Under the pieces are notes generated by a model. It had not been told where the DNA came from and made no database searches. It worked only from the letters and a program-made list of their open reading frames with translations. Source: an uncultured cyanobacterium (GTDB lineage Bacteria; Cyanobacteriota; Cyanobacteriia; PCC-9006; JAAUQQ01). Taken from it: 64,000 bases of DNA. The stretch's first letter is position 1; each line of letters starts with the position of its first letter. Of this stretch, positions 19,426 through 29,382 are shown piece by piece. Position numbers and translations under genes: made by a program. The DNA lies in the NCBI GenBank assembly GCA_963718615.1, contig OY970368.1, forward strand, positions 4,192,001 through 4,256,000, in the 5' to 3' direction.

Positions 19426-20685
19426 ATGTTGAAGGTTCTTGTTGATTCGACGCCTGTGTTGCCTCGGCCTAGCGGTGTTGGGTTCTATGTGAAGAATCTC
19501 GTCCGGGCTCTTCAAGCCCTTTCGAGTTCTGAAGCGTTTGATCTCAAGCTGTTTTATCAGCCTTCGTTTAAAGATTGGTTGCTCCCTGGGCAGAGCCCTG
19601 ATGCGATAGTCCATCGGGATCAAGCTGCTAGGCGACTAAATTATCCGGTACGACTGTCGGCGGCACTGTTGGGGAGTCTGGCGCGATCGCCCCAGCTCAA
19701 ATCCGCCCTGGCGGCCTACCTAGACCAGCAGCTAGGGAATCCCAGCATCATCCACGGCACCAACTACATTGTTTATCCGTCCCAGCGGGCTCGGACCATT
19801 CTGACCATTTACGATCTGACGTTTATCCGCTACCCAGACTACGCCGATGCAGTGGCGAAAACCTACGAGCGTCGGGTTCGGCATTGCCTGCAATGGACCG
19901 ACTTAGTCCTGACGATCTCCGAAAGCTCCAAGCAGGACATTGTGGAGTACTTGGCGGTTGAACCGGACCGGGTTTGGGTGACGCCTTTGGCGAGCCAGTA
20001 CCATGCCTTGGCTCCGGCGTTGACCGCGACGAGCCGTTTGCCCCAACGCTCCCCCAGTCCTCAGGCTCCCGTGTCTTCTCTCAATTGGTCCTCCCCGGCA
20101 CCGCTGCCGAGTCTGCCCCCAGCGCCCATCGACTATGACCTCAACCGTCCCTATCTGTTGTTTGTCAGTACGATTGAGCCCCGCAAAAACCTGGTCAATT
20201 TGATCAAGGCGTTTAATCTGCTCAAGGGCGAGGGAAAAATCGAGCACAATCTGGTTTTGATTGGCAAAAAGGGCTGGAGTTATACGTCTATTTTTGCGGA
20301 AATTGAGCGATCGCCCTGGCGCTCACACATCTTCCACCTCGACTATCTCCCCAACGGTTGGGTCCAGGAATTTTACCGCCGTGCCGATGTTTTTCTGTAT
20401 CCGTCCCATTACGAAGGCTTTGGGTTGCCGGTTTTAGAAGCAATGACCTTTGGGCTGCCGGTGGTGACGTCCAATACCTCTTCGTTGCCGGAAGTAGCGG
20501 GTCAGGCGGCGCTCTATGCGGATCCGCTTTCCCCTGAGGCGATCGCCACCCAAGTCCTACGAATTTTGTCCGACGACGGCCTCCGACAAACCTTGGTTCA
20601 ACGGGGCTATGAACAGGTCCAGCAGTTCTCCTGGGAAAAAACCGCTGAGGAAACGCTGCGAGCCTACCGGAGTCTTTTAAGATAA
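19426..20685 (+). CDS. GT4 glycosyltransferase
   Basis: TIEPRKN, YEGFGLPVLEAM, SSLPEVAG. Confidence 0.92.
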   Translation: MLKVLVDSTPVLPRPSGVGFYVKNLVRALQALSSSEAFDLKLFYQPSFKDWLLPGQSPDAIVHRDQAARRLNYPVRLSAALLGSLARSPQLKSALAAYLDQQLGNPSIIHGTNYIVYPSQRARTILTIYDLTFIRYPDYADAVAKTYERRVRHCLQWTDLVLTISESSKQDIVEYLAVEPDRVWVTPLASQYHALAPALTATSRLPQRSPSPQAPVSSLNWSSPAPLPSLPPAPIDYDLNRPYLLFVSTIEPRKNLVNLIKAFNLLKGEGKIEHNLVLIGKKGWSYTSIFAEIERSPWRSHIFHLDYLPNGWVQEFYRRADVFLYPSHYEGFGLPVLEAMTFGLPVVTSNTSSLPEVAGQAALYADPLSPEAIATQVLRILSDDGLRQTLVQRGYEQVQQFSWEKTAEETLRAYRSLLR

Positions 20686-20722
20686 AGGCTCTCTGGCTGC
20701 ATTTGCTTGAAGGCCGACTGTT

Positions 20723-22531
20723 GTGATCCAAATCTTTCGAAAAGCTTTGAGTTTACTGGAGCGACGCGATCGCCTTCGGCTGGGAGTCATTATCCTCCTA
20801 ACGTTTGTGGGGGCGATCGTCGAGACCCTAGGGATTGGCATCATTCCGTCCTTTGTGGGCCTCCTGGGCAGCGAGAAAGTTCTGCGAGATGTCGGCATTG
20901 TCCGCTGGGCCTATCACCTCACCGGCTTCCAGGACTACAAGGCCTTTGTGCAATGGTCTTGCATCGCCCTGATGGTTCTTTATATTCTCAAAAATCTTTA
21001 TCTGGCTTGGCTCGGCTATATTCAGACCCAGTTTATTTATTACCAGCAATATAAAGTCTCCCGCCGCCTCCTGGCCCGCTACCTGCGGCAACCCTACCCC
21101 TTCTATTTGCAACGCAATACCGCTGAGCTCCAGCGCAATCTCAATGTGGAAGTGCCAACGCTGTTCACGGAGGTGATGCGAGATCTGCTAATCGTGCTCA
21201 GTGAACTGTTGGTTTTGTTCTGTGTTTCTCTGCTGCTGCTGTCAGTGGAGCCCATGTCTACGTTAGTGGCCGTGGTGGTCTTAAGCAGTTCAACCCTGGT
21301 GTTTTACCAAACCGTGCGGCGACCCATGGGGCGGTGGGGCAAGCTCCAGCACGACAATATGGGTCAGATGATGCAGTGGGTCAACCAAGGACTGGGTAGC
21401 ATCAAGGAAACCAAGGTTTTGGGCCGAGAATCGTTTTTTCTCCAGCAGTTTCGCCTCAATACAGCGGCCTATAGTCAGGCCATGCAGCATCTCCAGTTTG
21501 TCAATAAGCTGCCCCGTTTGTTTATGGAAACCGTGGCGGTGGTGGTGTTGCTCTTGGTGCTGGTGCTGGATTTGAGCCAAGGCAGACGGCCTCGGTCGGT
21601 GCTGCTGTTGCTGTCGCTGTTTGCCATGGCGGCGTTTCGGTTGATGATGTCGATGAATCGTATCGTGGCAGCGGTGGCGACGATTCGGTTTTATAGCCAT
21701 GCCTTGGATGCGGTCTATCAGGATTTGCAAGGGGTTCCCCCCGGCGTTGCCCCTATCCTGCCAGCCTTGCCCCCCGGTGCGGCGGGCAGCCAGCGGCCTA
21801 TTTTGACCCAACATATTGTGTTTGAGCGGGTGAGCTATACCTACCCCGAAGCCCAAACGCCTGCATTAGCAGAGGTTTCCCTCAAGATTGGCCAGGGAGA
21901 GGCGATCGGCTTAGCGGGTCCTTCGGGCTCGGGCAAGACCACATTGGTGGATTTGCTGCTGGGCCTTCTAGAACCCACCGAGGGCTCGATTGTGCTCGAT
22001 GGCCAGCCACTGGCCGATTGTCTTGGGCCTTGGCAGCGATCGGTAGGGTATATTCCTCAGTCGGTGTACCTCTCCGATGACACGATTCGCCGTAATGTGG
22101 CCTTTGGCTTGATGGAAGCCGAGATTGAGGAGGAGCAGGTCTGGCGGGTGTTGCATTTGGCCCAGCTTGATGAATTTGTCTCGGGTTTACCGCTGGGGAT
22201 CGAAACGCCGGTGGGAGAGTTGGGGGTGCGCCTATCGGGGGGGCAGCGGCAGCGAATTGCCATTGCCCGCGCCCTGTATCACGATCCCGAAATCATTGTT
22301 ATGGATGAAGCCACTGCGGCCCTCGATAACGAAACCGAACGCAGCATTGTCCAAGCGATGGAAGAGCTGATGGGGGAGAAAACCCTGGTGATTATTGCCC
22401 ACCGCCTGAGTACGCTGCGCAATTGCGATCGCATCTACTGGATCAAAGACGGTCATCTCAAAGATTCCGGCAGCTATGACGAGCTACTGCGCCACAATCC
22501 AGAATTTCAGTCCATGGTCCAGGGCCGTTAG
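20723..22531 (+). CDS. ABC exporter, fused permease/ATPase (HepA/PglK-like flippase)
   Basis: N-terminal TM domain; GPSGSGKT, LSGGQRQR, MDEATAALD, IAHRLST. Confidence 0.9.
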   Translation: MIQIFRKALSLLERRDRLRLGVIILLTFVGAIVETLGIGIIPSFVGLLGSEKVLRDVGIVRWAYHLTGFQDYKAFVQWSCIALMVLYILKNLYLAWLGYIQTQFIYYQQYKVSRRLLARYLRQPYPFYLQRNTAELQRNLNVEVPTLFTEVMRDLLIVLSELLVLFCVSLLLLSVEPMSTLVAVVVLSSSTLVFYQTVRRPMGRWGKLQHDNMGQMMQWVNQGLGSIKETKVLGRESFFLQQFRLNTAAYSQAMQHLQFVNKLPRLFMETVAVVVLLLVLVLDLSQGRRPRSVLLLLSLFAMAAFRLMMSMNRIVAAVATIRFYSHALDAVYQDLQGVPPGVAPILPALPPGAAGSQRPILTQHIVFERVSYTYPEAQTPALAEVSLKIGQGEAIGLAGPSGSGKTTLVDLLLGLLEPTEGSIVLDGQPLADCLGPWQRSVGYIPQSVYLSDDTIRRNVAFGLMEAEIEEEQVWRVLHLAQLDEFVSGLPLGIETPVGELGVRLSGGQRQRIAIARALYHDPEIIVMDEATAALDNETERSIVQAMEELMGEKTLVIIAHRLSTLRNCDRIYWIKDGHLKDSGSYDELLRHNPEFQSMVQGR

Positions 22532-22543
22532 GAGCAGGAATTC

Positions 22544-23626
22544 ATGGGCAATTTGTGGATTAACCTGGCGCTCTTGATGGAAAAGCCCACGGGCATCAGC
22601 AACTATGGGCTGAATTTGGTGCCGCAGTTGCGATCGCTCCAGCCCCATCTGCTCACGGCCCAGGCCCAACAGTTTCCCGGTTTCGACTGCTATCCCACCC
22701 CGGCGCATCTCACCCCAGAATTCGGCTCGCGGGGACATGTGCAACGACTGCTCTGGACACAAACGGTGTTGCCCAAAATTCTACAAACTGATGGCGGAAC
22801 AGCTTCGCCTTTGCTTTTTTCGCCGGTGCCCGAAATGCCCCTATGGCGGGGCTGTCGCACGGTGGTGATGGTCCATGACTTTATTCCACTGCGGTTTCCT
22901 CGTGGGCGATCGCCCCTCACCCAATATTTCCGCTGGGTTGTGCCCCAGGTGTTGAGCCAAGCGGTTCACATTATCTGCAATTCCGAGCAAACGGCGGCGG
23001 ATGTGGTGCAATTTGGCCAGGTGCCCGCTGCGAAGGTGACGCCCATTCCCCTGGCCTACGACGCCAGCCATTTCCGTCCGTTGAATCTCCCGCGCCGCAA
23101 TTATTTTCTGTATCTGGGCCGGTTCGATCCCTACAAAAATTTAGCGACTCTTCTGCGTGCCTTTGCTCGACTGCAATCCTCCAACTGCGAACTCTGGATG
23201 GCCGGTTCCCCCGATCCTCGCTTTACGCCTGGGCTGCGTCAACAGGCGAAGGAGTTGGGCATTGCGGACCGGCTGCGGTGGTTGGAGTATGTGCCCTATG
23301 GGGAGTTGCCCCGGTTGTTGAATGAGGCGATCGCCCTGGTCTTCCCCAGTCTCTGGGAAGGCTTTGGCCTGCCGGTGCTGGAGGCTTTGGGGTGTGGAAC
23401 TCCGGTGATTGCGGGAGCGGTGGCTTCGCTGCCGGAGGTGGGGGGGGATGGGGTGTTGTGGGTGGAGGTGGAAAAGGGGGAGGCGATCGCGGCGGGGATG
23501 GAGCGTTTGCTACGGGAGCCTCAGTTGGGGGAGCAACTTAGTCGGGCAGGCTTGCGACAGGCTCGGCGGTTTAGCTGGGAAAAAACGGGGGAGGCTACGG
23601 CTCGGGTTTTGGAGGGGTTTCTTTAG
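22544..23626 (+). CDS. GT4 glycosyltransferase
   Basis: PYKNL, SLWEGFGLPVLEA, FSWEKT. Confidence 0.92.
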   Translation: MGNLWINLALLMEKPTGISNYGLNLVPQLRSLQPHLLTAQAQQFPGFDCYPTPAHLTPEFGSRGHVQRLLWTQTVLPKILQTDGGTASPLLFSPVPEMPLWRGCRTVVMVHDFIPLRFPRGRSPLTQYFRWVVPQVLSQAVHIICNSEQTAADVVQFGQVPAAKVTPIPLAYDASHFRPLNLPRRNYFLYLGRFDPYKNLATLLRAFARLQSSNCELWMAGSPDPRFTPGLRQQAKELGIADRLRWLEYVPYGELPRLLNEAIALVFPSLWEGFGLPVLEALGCGTPVIAGAVASLPEVGGDGVLWVEVEKGEAIAAGMERLLREPQLGEQLSRAGLRQARRFSWEKTGEATARVLEGFL

Positions 23627-23630
23627 TTAA

Positions 23631-23727
23631 GGGGATGAGCTAGGTGAGGCGGTTGGCGAGGGCTTGGGCGGTTTGTTGGCGTTGTCGGAGGTAGGTTTGG
23701 AGGCTGTCGCAGAGGGTCATGAGTTGT
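23631..23727 (-). repeat. Direct repeat copy A: remnant of type I R-M hsdS 3' end
   Basis: Minus strand reads QLMTLCDSLQTYLRQRQQTAQALANRLT*; about 10 mismatches in 97 bp versus 24510-24606 by manual alignment. Confidence 0.85.
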
Positions 23728-23749
23728 GGAAGCTCAGTCGTTTTTGAGC

Positions 23750-24172
23750 CTACTGACTCCAGTCTTGGGCCTTGAGTTCAGCAATTTTGCTAAAGTCGGA
23801 GAGGTTGCGAGTGAGGAGTGTAGCGTCTTGGGAGATGGCGATCGCAGCAATTTTCAAGTCCATTTTCCCTAACCGACGATAAGTACGTCGTAGCTGCTGA
23901 AAGGTTTGTGCGGCTTGCTGGGTGTAGCTGACAATCGGCAAGCGGGAGAAGAGAGCGAGATGCTTTTCTAATCGTTGGTACGCCAGGATTTCGTCTTCTT
24001 GAGTTTTGGTTTTGGCGAGGAGTTGAAACCAGCCCCGAGTTTGCTCTTCGTAGGTAACAATCGTGACCGCTAGCTCATCGGACTGTAGCGACGAGAGTCT
24101 GCTCAGCAACGTTTGTGCTGTTGTGCCCTTACGTTCGAGGAGGGTGAGGTGGTCGGTGTCGAGGAGATACAT
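23750..24172 (-). CDS. vapC: PIN-domain toxin VapC
   Basis: YLLDTD, TYEE, MDLKIAAIA, LLTRN..DF. Confidence 0.92.
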   Translation of the reverse strand: MYLLDTDHLTLLERKGTTAQTLLSRLSSLQSDELAVTIVTYEEQTRGWFQLLAKTKTQEDEILAYQRLEKHLALFSRLPIVSYTQQAAQTFQQLRRTYRRLGKMDLKIAAIAISQDATLLTRNLSDFSKIAELKAQDWSQ

Positions 24173-24173
24173 C

Positions 24174-24464
24174 TCAGGGCTCGGCTGATTCCAGGGATTG
24201 CTCGCTGGAGCGTCGGTATTCTGCTCCGAGGGTCATGGCTTGGTCAAAGAGGGGATCGTTTGCGAAGCTTCCGGCAATGTCTTCCCACCAGGGGGCAAGC
24301 TGAGGAACTTGTGGGTTGAGCTGATTATTTTTGAGTTGACTGACTTCGGCTTCGAGTTTGGCGATTCGTTCTTCTAGAGCGTTGGAGGGCTTGGGTTTCG
24401 GCAGGAGGCGAATCCACAGTCCTCTGATGAATGAACCTAGGTTGGGGAGACTTGGAGCAGACAT
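24174..24464 (-). CDS. Putative cognate antitoxin
   Basis: Small ORF directly upstream of vapC; LEERIAKLEAEV..LK and PWWEDIAGSF.NDPLFD.AM.LG.EYRRS; TATAAT at 24491-24496 favours the ATG at 24464. Confidence 0.7.
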   Translation of the reverse strand: MSAPSLPNLGSFIRGLWIRLLPKPKPSNALEERIAKLEAEVSQLKNNQLNPQVPQLAPWWEDIAGSFANDPLFDQAMTLGAEYRRSSEQSLESAEP

Positions 24465-24509
24465 AGTTAGAGCACTGGCAGGGTATGCCAATTATAGCGA
24501 TGGGGCTTG

Positions 24510-24654
24510 GGGGGTGAGCTGGGTGAGGCTGGTGGCAAGGGCTTGGGCAGTTTGTTGGCGTTGGCGGAGGCTGGTTTAGAGGCTGTCGCAGAGGGTCATG
24601 AGTTGTTCAACTTTAGCGACGATGCGTTTTTGTTCGGCTAAGGGGAGAATGGGT
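24510..24654 (-). pseudogene. Direct repeat copy B / hsdS C-terminal conserved-region remnant
   Basis: PILPLAEQKRIVAKVEQLMTLCDSL*TSLRQRQQTAQALATSL matches the HsdS (P)PL.EQ.RIV.K...L..LCD.L conserved region; in-frame stop. Confidence 0.8.
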
Positions 24655-25656
24655 AGAAACAAAAACTTGTCCCCCCCTCTGGGCATAGCTAGCAAACTCT
24701 TCAGCAAGTTCATGGAGTAGACTAGGATACAGTTGATTTTCAGGCTCTTCAACACAAAGTAAGGGATGGGGCTTAGGACCAAACAGTAGAATCAAATAGG
24801 CAAACATCTTCATCGTGCCATCGGAAACGTAGCGATCGATAAAAGGATCTTTAAAGGCTTGGTCCTGAAATTTCAAAATCAGCCTGCCATCTTCGGTTTC
24901 TTTCGCTTCTACCTGAGAGACACCAGGAACTCGCTCTCTCATTTTATTGAGAATCGTTTGAAAAATATCAGCGTGATTTTGATAAATATATTGGGCGACA
25001 ACTGCCATATTGTCACCGGTCGGAGAGAGATGCTCAGCATAAAGCGCATCTTTACTACCTCTTGCATCACTGATATGAAAATCAGACACGTGCCAATTTT
25101 CGATGAGAGATCGGAAAGCACTAGCCGCTTTAAATCGTTGAAACTGACCTAACCCTTTGATCGCCAGAATATCTTGAGATTCAAGTTGCTGCTCTTCACG
25201 CTCTAGCTCCTCATCCGTTTGTTCAAAGTTTTCTTCATTTGTAATTGCGTAACCCTTCCCTTTCTGAAAGTCCAGAAAATGATAAGGTGAACCATATTCA
25301 CCACGCTTGTAACGCAGAATTTCTCTTTTGACTACGGGCCGTTTTTCTTCTTGCCCTACGCTTAAAACATAGGAAACCAGCCGTTCTGTGTCCAGAATAT
25401 TCATACGAAACTTTAGTTCTATCTCAATATCTTCTTGCTCTTTTCCTCTAGTAACGACTTCGTGGAATCCACCTCGGACCTGGAGAGCTTGGCGAATGTT
25501 ATTCTTGAGGGCATCTCGCAGAAAGCCAAAAATATCGAATAGCGTTGACTTACCAGTACCGTTGGCCCCGATAATCACACAAAAGGCTGGAATATCTTTA
25601 ATTTCCAGTGATTCAAAGACGCGATAATTTTTGATCTTTATGGAAACAATTTTCAC
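24613..25656 (-). pseudogene. AAA_21/ABC-type ATPase (defence-associated), probably 3'-truncated
   Basis: IGANGTGKST, SDGT, VEEPENQLYP, VSTHSP, then runs out of frame into the hsdS remnant and stops. Confidence 0.8.
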
Positions 25657-25713
25657 AGGTCAATCCTGATTTCAGGGTCAGGTCATCCTTTTCAGAATAA
25701 GGAAGTTTTTCAG

Positions 25714-27138
25714 TTAGTCTAGGAGTCGATGAGCCTCAGCGATCGCCCCCCTCACCCGCTCAAACCCCGTCCCGCCAAAACTATTCCGCGCCGCCACCAC
25801 CTGCCGGGGCTGAATCGCTGCGTAAATATCCTGCTCAAACTGCGGATGCAACGCCTGCCATTCCTCCAGCGTCAAATCCTTCAGCAGCTTGTTCTGGGCC
25901 AGACTCGTGCGGACCACCTTCCCGACGAGGTTGTACGCCTCCCGGAACGGCACCCCCTTCGCCGCCAAATAATCCGCCACATCCGTCGCATTGGAAAAAT
26001 CCTCCGCCACCGCTTCCGCCAATCGCTGAGGCTGAAATTCTAGCCCTTCCCGCAGCAGAATGGTCATCGCTTCCAGGCACCCCTCAACGGTTTTGACCGT
26101 ATCAAACAGTCCTTCCTTGTCCTCTTGCAAATCCTTGTTGTAAGCCAAAGGCAAGCCCTTGAGAATCACCAGCATCGCCTGCAAATGGCCAAAGACCCGC
26201 CCGGTTTTGCCTCGGACGAGTTCAGGAATGTCCGGGTTTTTCTTCTGGGGCATGATGCTCGATCCCGTGGAGCAACTGTCCTTGAGGCGAATAAAACGAA
26301 ACTCCTCCGAAGCCCAGAGGATCAGTTCTTCCGAGAGGCGGCTGAGGTGGACCAGGATGAGGCTGGCGGCGGCGAGGAATTCTACGGCGAAATCGCGATC
26401 GCTCACCGCATCCAAACTATTGGCATACACCCCCCCAAACCCCAGCAACTCCGCCGTGTAGTGTCGATCGATAGGAAACGTCGTCCCCGCCAAAGCACCC
26501 GCCCCCAACGGCGACAGATTCACCCGCTTGAGCGCATCCCCCAGACGATTCCAATCCCGCTGGGTCATCTCAAAATAGGCCAGAAGATGGTGGGCCAAGC
26601 TCACCGGCTGAGCCCGCTGCAAGTGGGTATAGCCAGGAATCAGGGTTTCGACATTGGCTTCAGCCAGCGTCAGCAGTACAGCTTGGAAATCCCGCAACTG
26701 TTGACGGATGCCTTGGATTTTGTCCCGCAGATAGAGGCGAATGTCGGTGCCGACTTGATCGTTGCGCGATCGCGCCGTATGCAGCTTCTTCCCCACATCC
26801 CCCAAAATCTCCGTCAGCCGATGCTCCACCGCAAAATGGACATCCTCATCGGCCACAGTGGGCCTGAGCTTCCCCTCGCGGTACTCCTGGCGCACCTGCT
26901 CCAGCCCCTGGACCAATTGCTCAGCCTCCTCGGGGGAAATGATGCCCTTGTGGGCCAGCATCTGAGCGTGGGCTTGGGAGCCAGTGATGTCGTATTCAAT
27001 CAACTCGATGTCGAAGCCGATACTGGCGTTGAACTGGGCGATCGCCGGATGTAACGCCGACTCAAACCGTTGGCTCCAAGTATTCGGACTACCGGGAGCA
27101 TGGGCGGCAGGATTAGCGGGGGTGGATTCTGGGCTCAT
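25714..27138 (-). CDS. argH: Argininosuccinate lyase
   Basis: [41 protein letters not shown]. Confidence 0.98.
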   Translation of the reverse strand: MSPESTPANPAAHAPGSPNTWSQRFESALHPAIAQFNASIGFDIELIEYDITGSQAHAQMLAHKGIISPEEAEQLVQGLEQVRQEYREGKLRPTVADEDVHFAVEHRLTEILGDVGKKLHTARSRNDQVGTDIRLYLRDKIQGIRQQLRDFQAVLLTLAEANVETLIPGYTHLQRAQPVSLAHHLLAYFEMTQRDWNRLGDALKRVNLSPLGAGALAGTTFPIDRHYTAELLGFGGVYANSLDAVSDRDFAVEFLAAASLILVHLSRLSEELILWASEEFRFIRLKDSCSTGSSIMPQKKNPDIPELVRGKTGRVFGHLQAMLVILKGLPLAYNKDLQEDKEGLFDTVKTVEGCLEAMTILLREGLEFQPQRLAEAVAEDFSNATDVADYLAAKGVPFREAYNLVGKVVRTSLAQNKLLKDLTLEEWQALHPQFEQDIYAAIQPRQVVAARNSFGGTGFERVRGAIAEAHRLLD

Positions 27139-27175
27139 TACGATGTCAAAAACGATCTCGAACTTAACCTTAGGC

Positions 27176-27493
27176 TTAACCGTAGGATGTCAGACTCTTG
27201 AAGATATATCCAAGGACAAAACCAATCAATAGCGCCCACACTTGACCCGATTCAACAAAATGGGCAAAGGCTCCGTTCATATCACCCAAAATATCCTGGT
27301 CAAACTGCTGGGCAAGCACCAGATTTTCGGTATGAACCGGCAGGGCGGCTGGGAGTAACGAAGAGGCCGTCAGGGGGGATACGTCAGCCTGGAGCAAATC
27401 AGCCTGGAGCAAATCAGTCTTGATCAAAACAGAGGGTTGGCCAAGGGTTGGCGGAGCTTCCAGTAGAAGGGAATTCCAGGTCATGGGTCTCAA
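27176..27493 (-). CDS. Small conserved cyanobacterial membrane protein
   Basis: C-terminal [20 protein letters not shown] hydrophobic motif; start uncertain. Confidence 0.65.
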   Translation of the reverse strand: MRPMTWNSLLLEAPPTLGQPSVLIKTDLLQADLLQADVSPLTASSLLPAALPVHTENLVLAQQFDQDILGDMNGAFAHFVESGQVWALLIGFVLGYIFKSLTSYG

Positions 27494-27571
27494 GATTTCC
27501 TGAGCTTTGAGGATTGCTGCTGATTGTACTATGGGTGTTCTAAAACGGAACCCGAATGCATCGAAAGTGCT

Positions 27572-27610
27572 GGATATAAAGCGCCGGATATAAAGCGCCG
27601 GATATAAAGT
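27572..27610. repeat. 14-bp tandem repeat GGATATAAAGCGCC (about 2.8 copies)
   Basis: Directly visible just downstream of the PP2C gene. Confidence 0.9.
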
Positions 27611-27626
27611 TCTGGAAACAAAGCCC

Positions 27627-29159
27627 TTAGTGCTCTGGATGAACCTTCATCACCACCAGAGTCATGTCGTCGTCATTTTGTTTACTCGGGCCGATAAAGT
27701 GCTGGACGCGATCGAACAATGTTTCCAAAATCCGCTGGGGATGGTCATAGCGCTGGCAGGCCCACTGCACAGCACGGATGAGATTGTCTTCGTCAAACCG
27801 TTCTCCCGTGGGAGCCGCAGCATCCGTAAAACCATCGGTATAAAACACCACCACATCACCGGGTTCCAATTCAACCTTGCCGTCTTCATATTGGCTGTCG
27901 TCATGGAGCCCGACCAGCATCCCCAAGGTGTCTAGCCGGTGCATCGTTTGCGTGGCGCAGCGCCAGAGCAGCGGTGGATTATGGGCGGCGTTGCTATAGG
28001 AGAGCGTGCGGCTGGTGGGATCGTATTCGGAATAAAACAGCGTCACAAAGCGGTTGGAATTTTCCAGATCCGTGTACATCACCCGGTTAAGGTGCTGCAA
28101 AATTCGAGCCGGAGAGTGACCATTGAGCACTTCTGCCCGCAACATCCCCCGCAACATTGTCATGATGAGTCCGGCGGGAACGCCTTTGCCCATAACATCA
28201 CCAATGGTGATCCCCCAGCGTTCGGTCTCGGGGCGATTGGGTTTTGTGGAATTGGCTGGATTGGCTGGATTAACTGGATTGGCTGAACTGGTTGAACTGG
28301 TTGAATTGCTTTGAGTAAGGTCTGTCTCACCCTGCCGCCGCTCAACTTGGGTGGGAATAAAGTCGTAATAATCTCCCCCAACCCGGTTCGCGGTTTTGCA
28401 GCGAGCTGCTAGTTCCATGCCCTCAATTTTGGGACATTGGCGCGGGAAGAGCTGCCGCTGAATTTCTGCTCCGATTTCGAGTTCGCGATCGAGTCGTTCT
28501 TTTTTGCGTAGCTCGGTGGTGAGCTCATCCTGCTCGATGGCCACCGCCGTTTGATCCGCCACAAACCGCACCAGCTTCTGCCGTTTTTCGGTCCACTGAT
28601 AATTGGGGCTATAGCTAAAGACATATAGGCGTCCTCGCTCAACGGTGCGATTGAGAATCGCCGTGCCAAACAACTGCACCCCAGCTCCCAGGGTATTGGA
28701 GACACGCTCATCTAGAACCGTTGACAATCCTTCTTGGACCGTCAGACTGCTTTCCGTGCTGGAGAACTGACGGGTGGCATTTTCGAGCGCGGTCTGGATC
28801 AAGCCACAGCGTTCATCATTGCTGCAATGAAACCGCTCTAGTCGCAATTCACCATCGGGTCGAAACACAAACAAGGCTCCCCCATCGGCCTTGGTGACGC
28901 GGCTGGCCACCATGGGGATGAGTTCTAAAAACTGATTGAGATTGGTGAAGCTGCGCAGGGCAAATCCGAGGGAGCTAAACAGGTCTTGCGTATTGCTCTG
29001 CTCACGATTTAACCGTGCCACCAATTCTTTCAGCGCAATTACGGGCGTCGTTTCAGAGGTTGACGCACCGAGGGCTGTAGGGGGTGTAGAGGGTTTTGAT
29101 AGGGGCACGGTTGTTATGGTAACGGACAAACCCAGAAGGAGGCGGCTCAAACGCACCAA
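27627..29159 (-). CDS. GAF-like domain + PP2C (SpoIIE/RsbU-type) phosphatase
   Basis: ELEIGAEIQ, VGGDYYD, IGDVMGKG, NAAH.PP, YTDG, DDMT; start uncertain. Confidence 0.92.
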   Translation of the reverse strand: MVRLSRLLLGLSVTITTVPLSKPSTPPTALGASTSETTPVIALKELVARLNREQSNTQDLFSSLGFALRSFTNLNQFLELIPMVASRVTKADGGALFVFRPDGELRLERFHCSNDERCGLIQTALENATRQFSSTESSLTVQEGLSTVLDERVSNTLGAGVQLFGTAILNRTVERGRLYVFSYSPNYQWTEKRQKLVRFVADQTAVAIEQDELTTELRKKERLDRELEIGAEIQRQLFPRQCPKIEGMELAARCKTANRVGGDYYDFIPTQVERRQGETDLTQSNSTSSTSSANPVNPANPANSTKPNRPETERWGITIGDVMGKGVPAGLIMTMLRGMLRAEVLNGHSPARILQHLNRVMYTDLENSNRFVTLFYSEYDPTSRTLSYSNAAHNPPLLWRCATQTMHRLDTLGMLVGLHDDSQYEDGKVELEPGDVVVFYTDGFTDAAAPTGERFDEDNLIRAVQWACQRYDHPQRILETLFDRVQHFIGPSKQNDDDMTLVVMKVHPEH

Positions 29160-29296
29160 TTTAGGGCAATTCTGAGATCCGAGCCTGGGCTTGGAAAAGA
29201 TGCCCCATAGTAATAGCGTGAATTGTCAGAATTGCCAATAGCAATTCTGGGAGAGTTTGCCGGTGCTCTGTCTAGCGCTATCCAGCACAAATTGAT

Positions 29297-29349
29297 AGGG
29301 CACTAAACAGGGCACTAACAGGGAACTAAACAGGGAACTAAACAGGGCA
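29297..29349. repeat. 12-bp tandem repeat AGGGMACTAAAC (about 4.5 copies)
   Basis: Directly visible downstream of ftsY. Confidence 0.9.
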
Positions 29350-29382
29350 TTGCCCTGGGCTGATATTTTCTTCTAAAGAAAT

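Noticed and set aside
23631-24654. Integron attC sites or IS ends
   Set aside because: Direct repeats with protein-coding character, no palindromic attC structure, and no integrase or transposase nearby
24576-24782. 68-aa ORF as an independent gene
   Set aside because: Only its last ~25 codons are meaningful (hsdS remnant); the rest is an alternative frame of the ATPase
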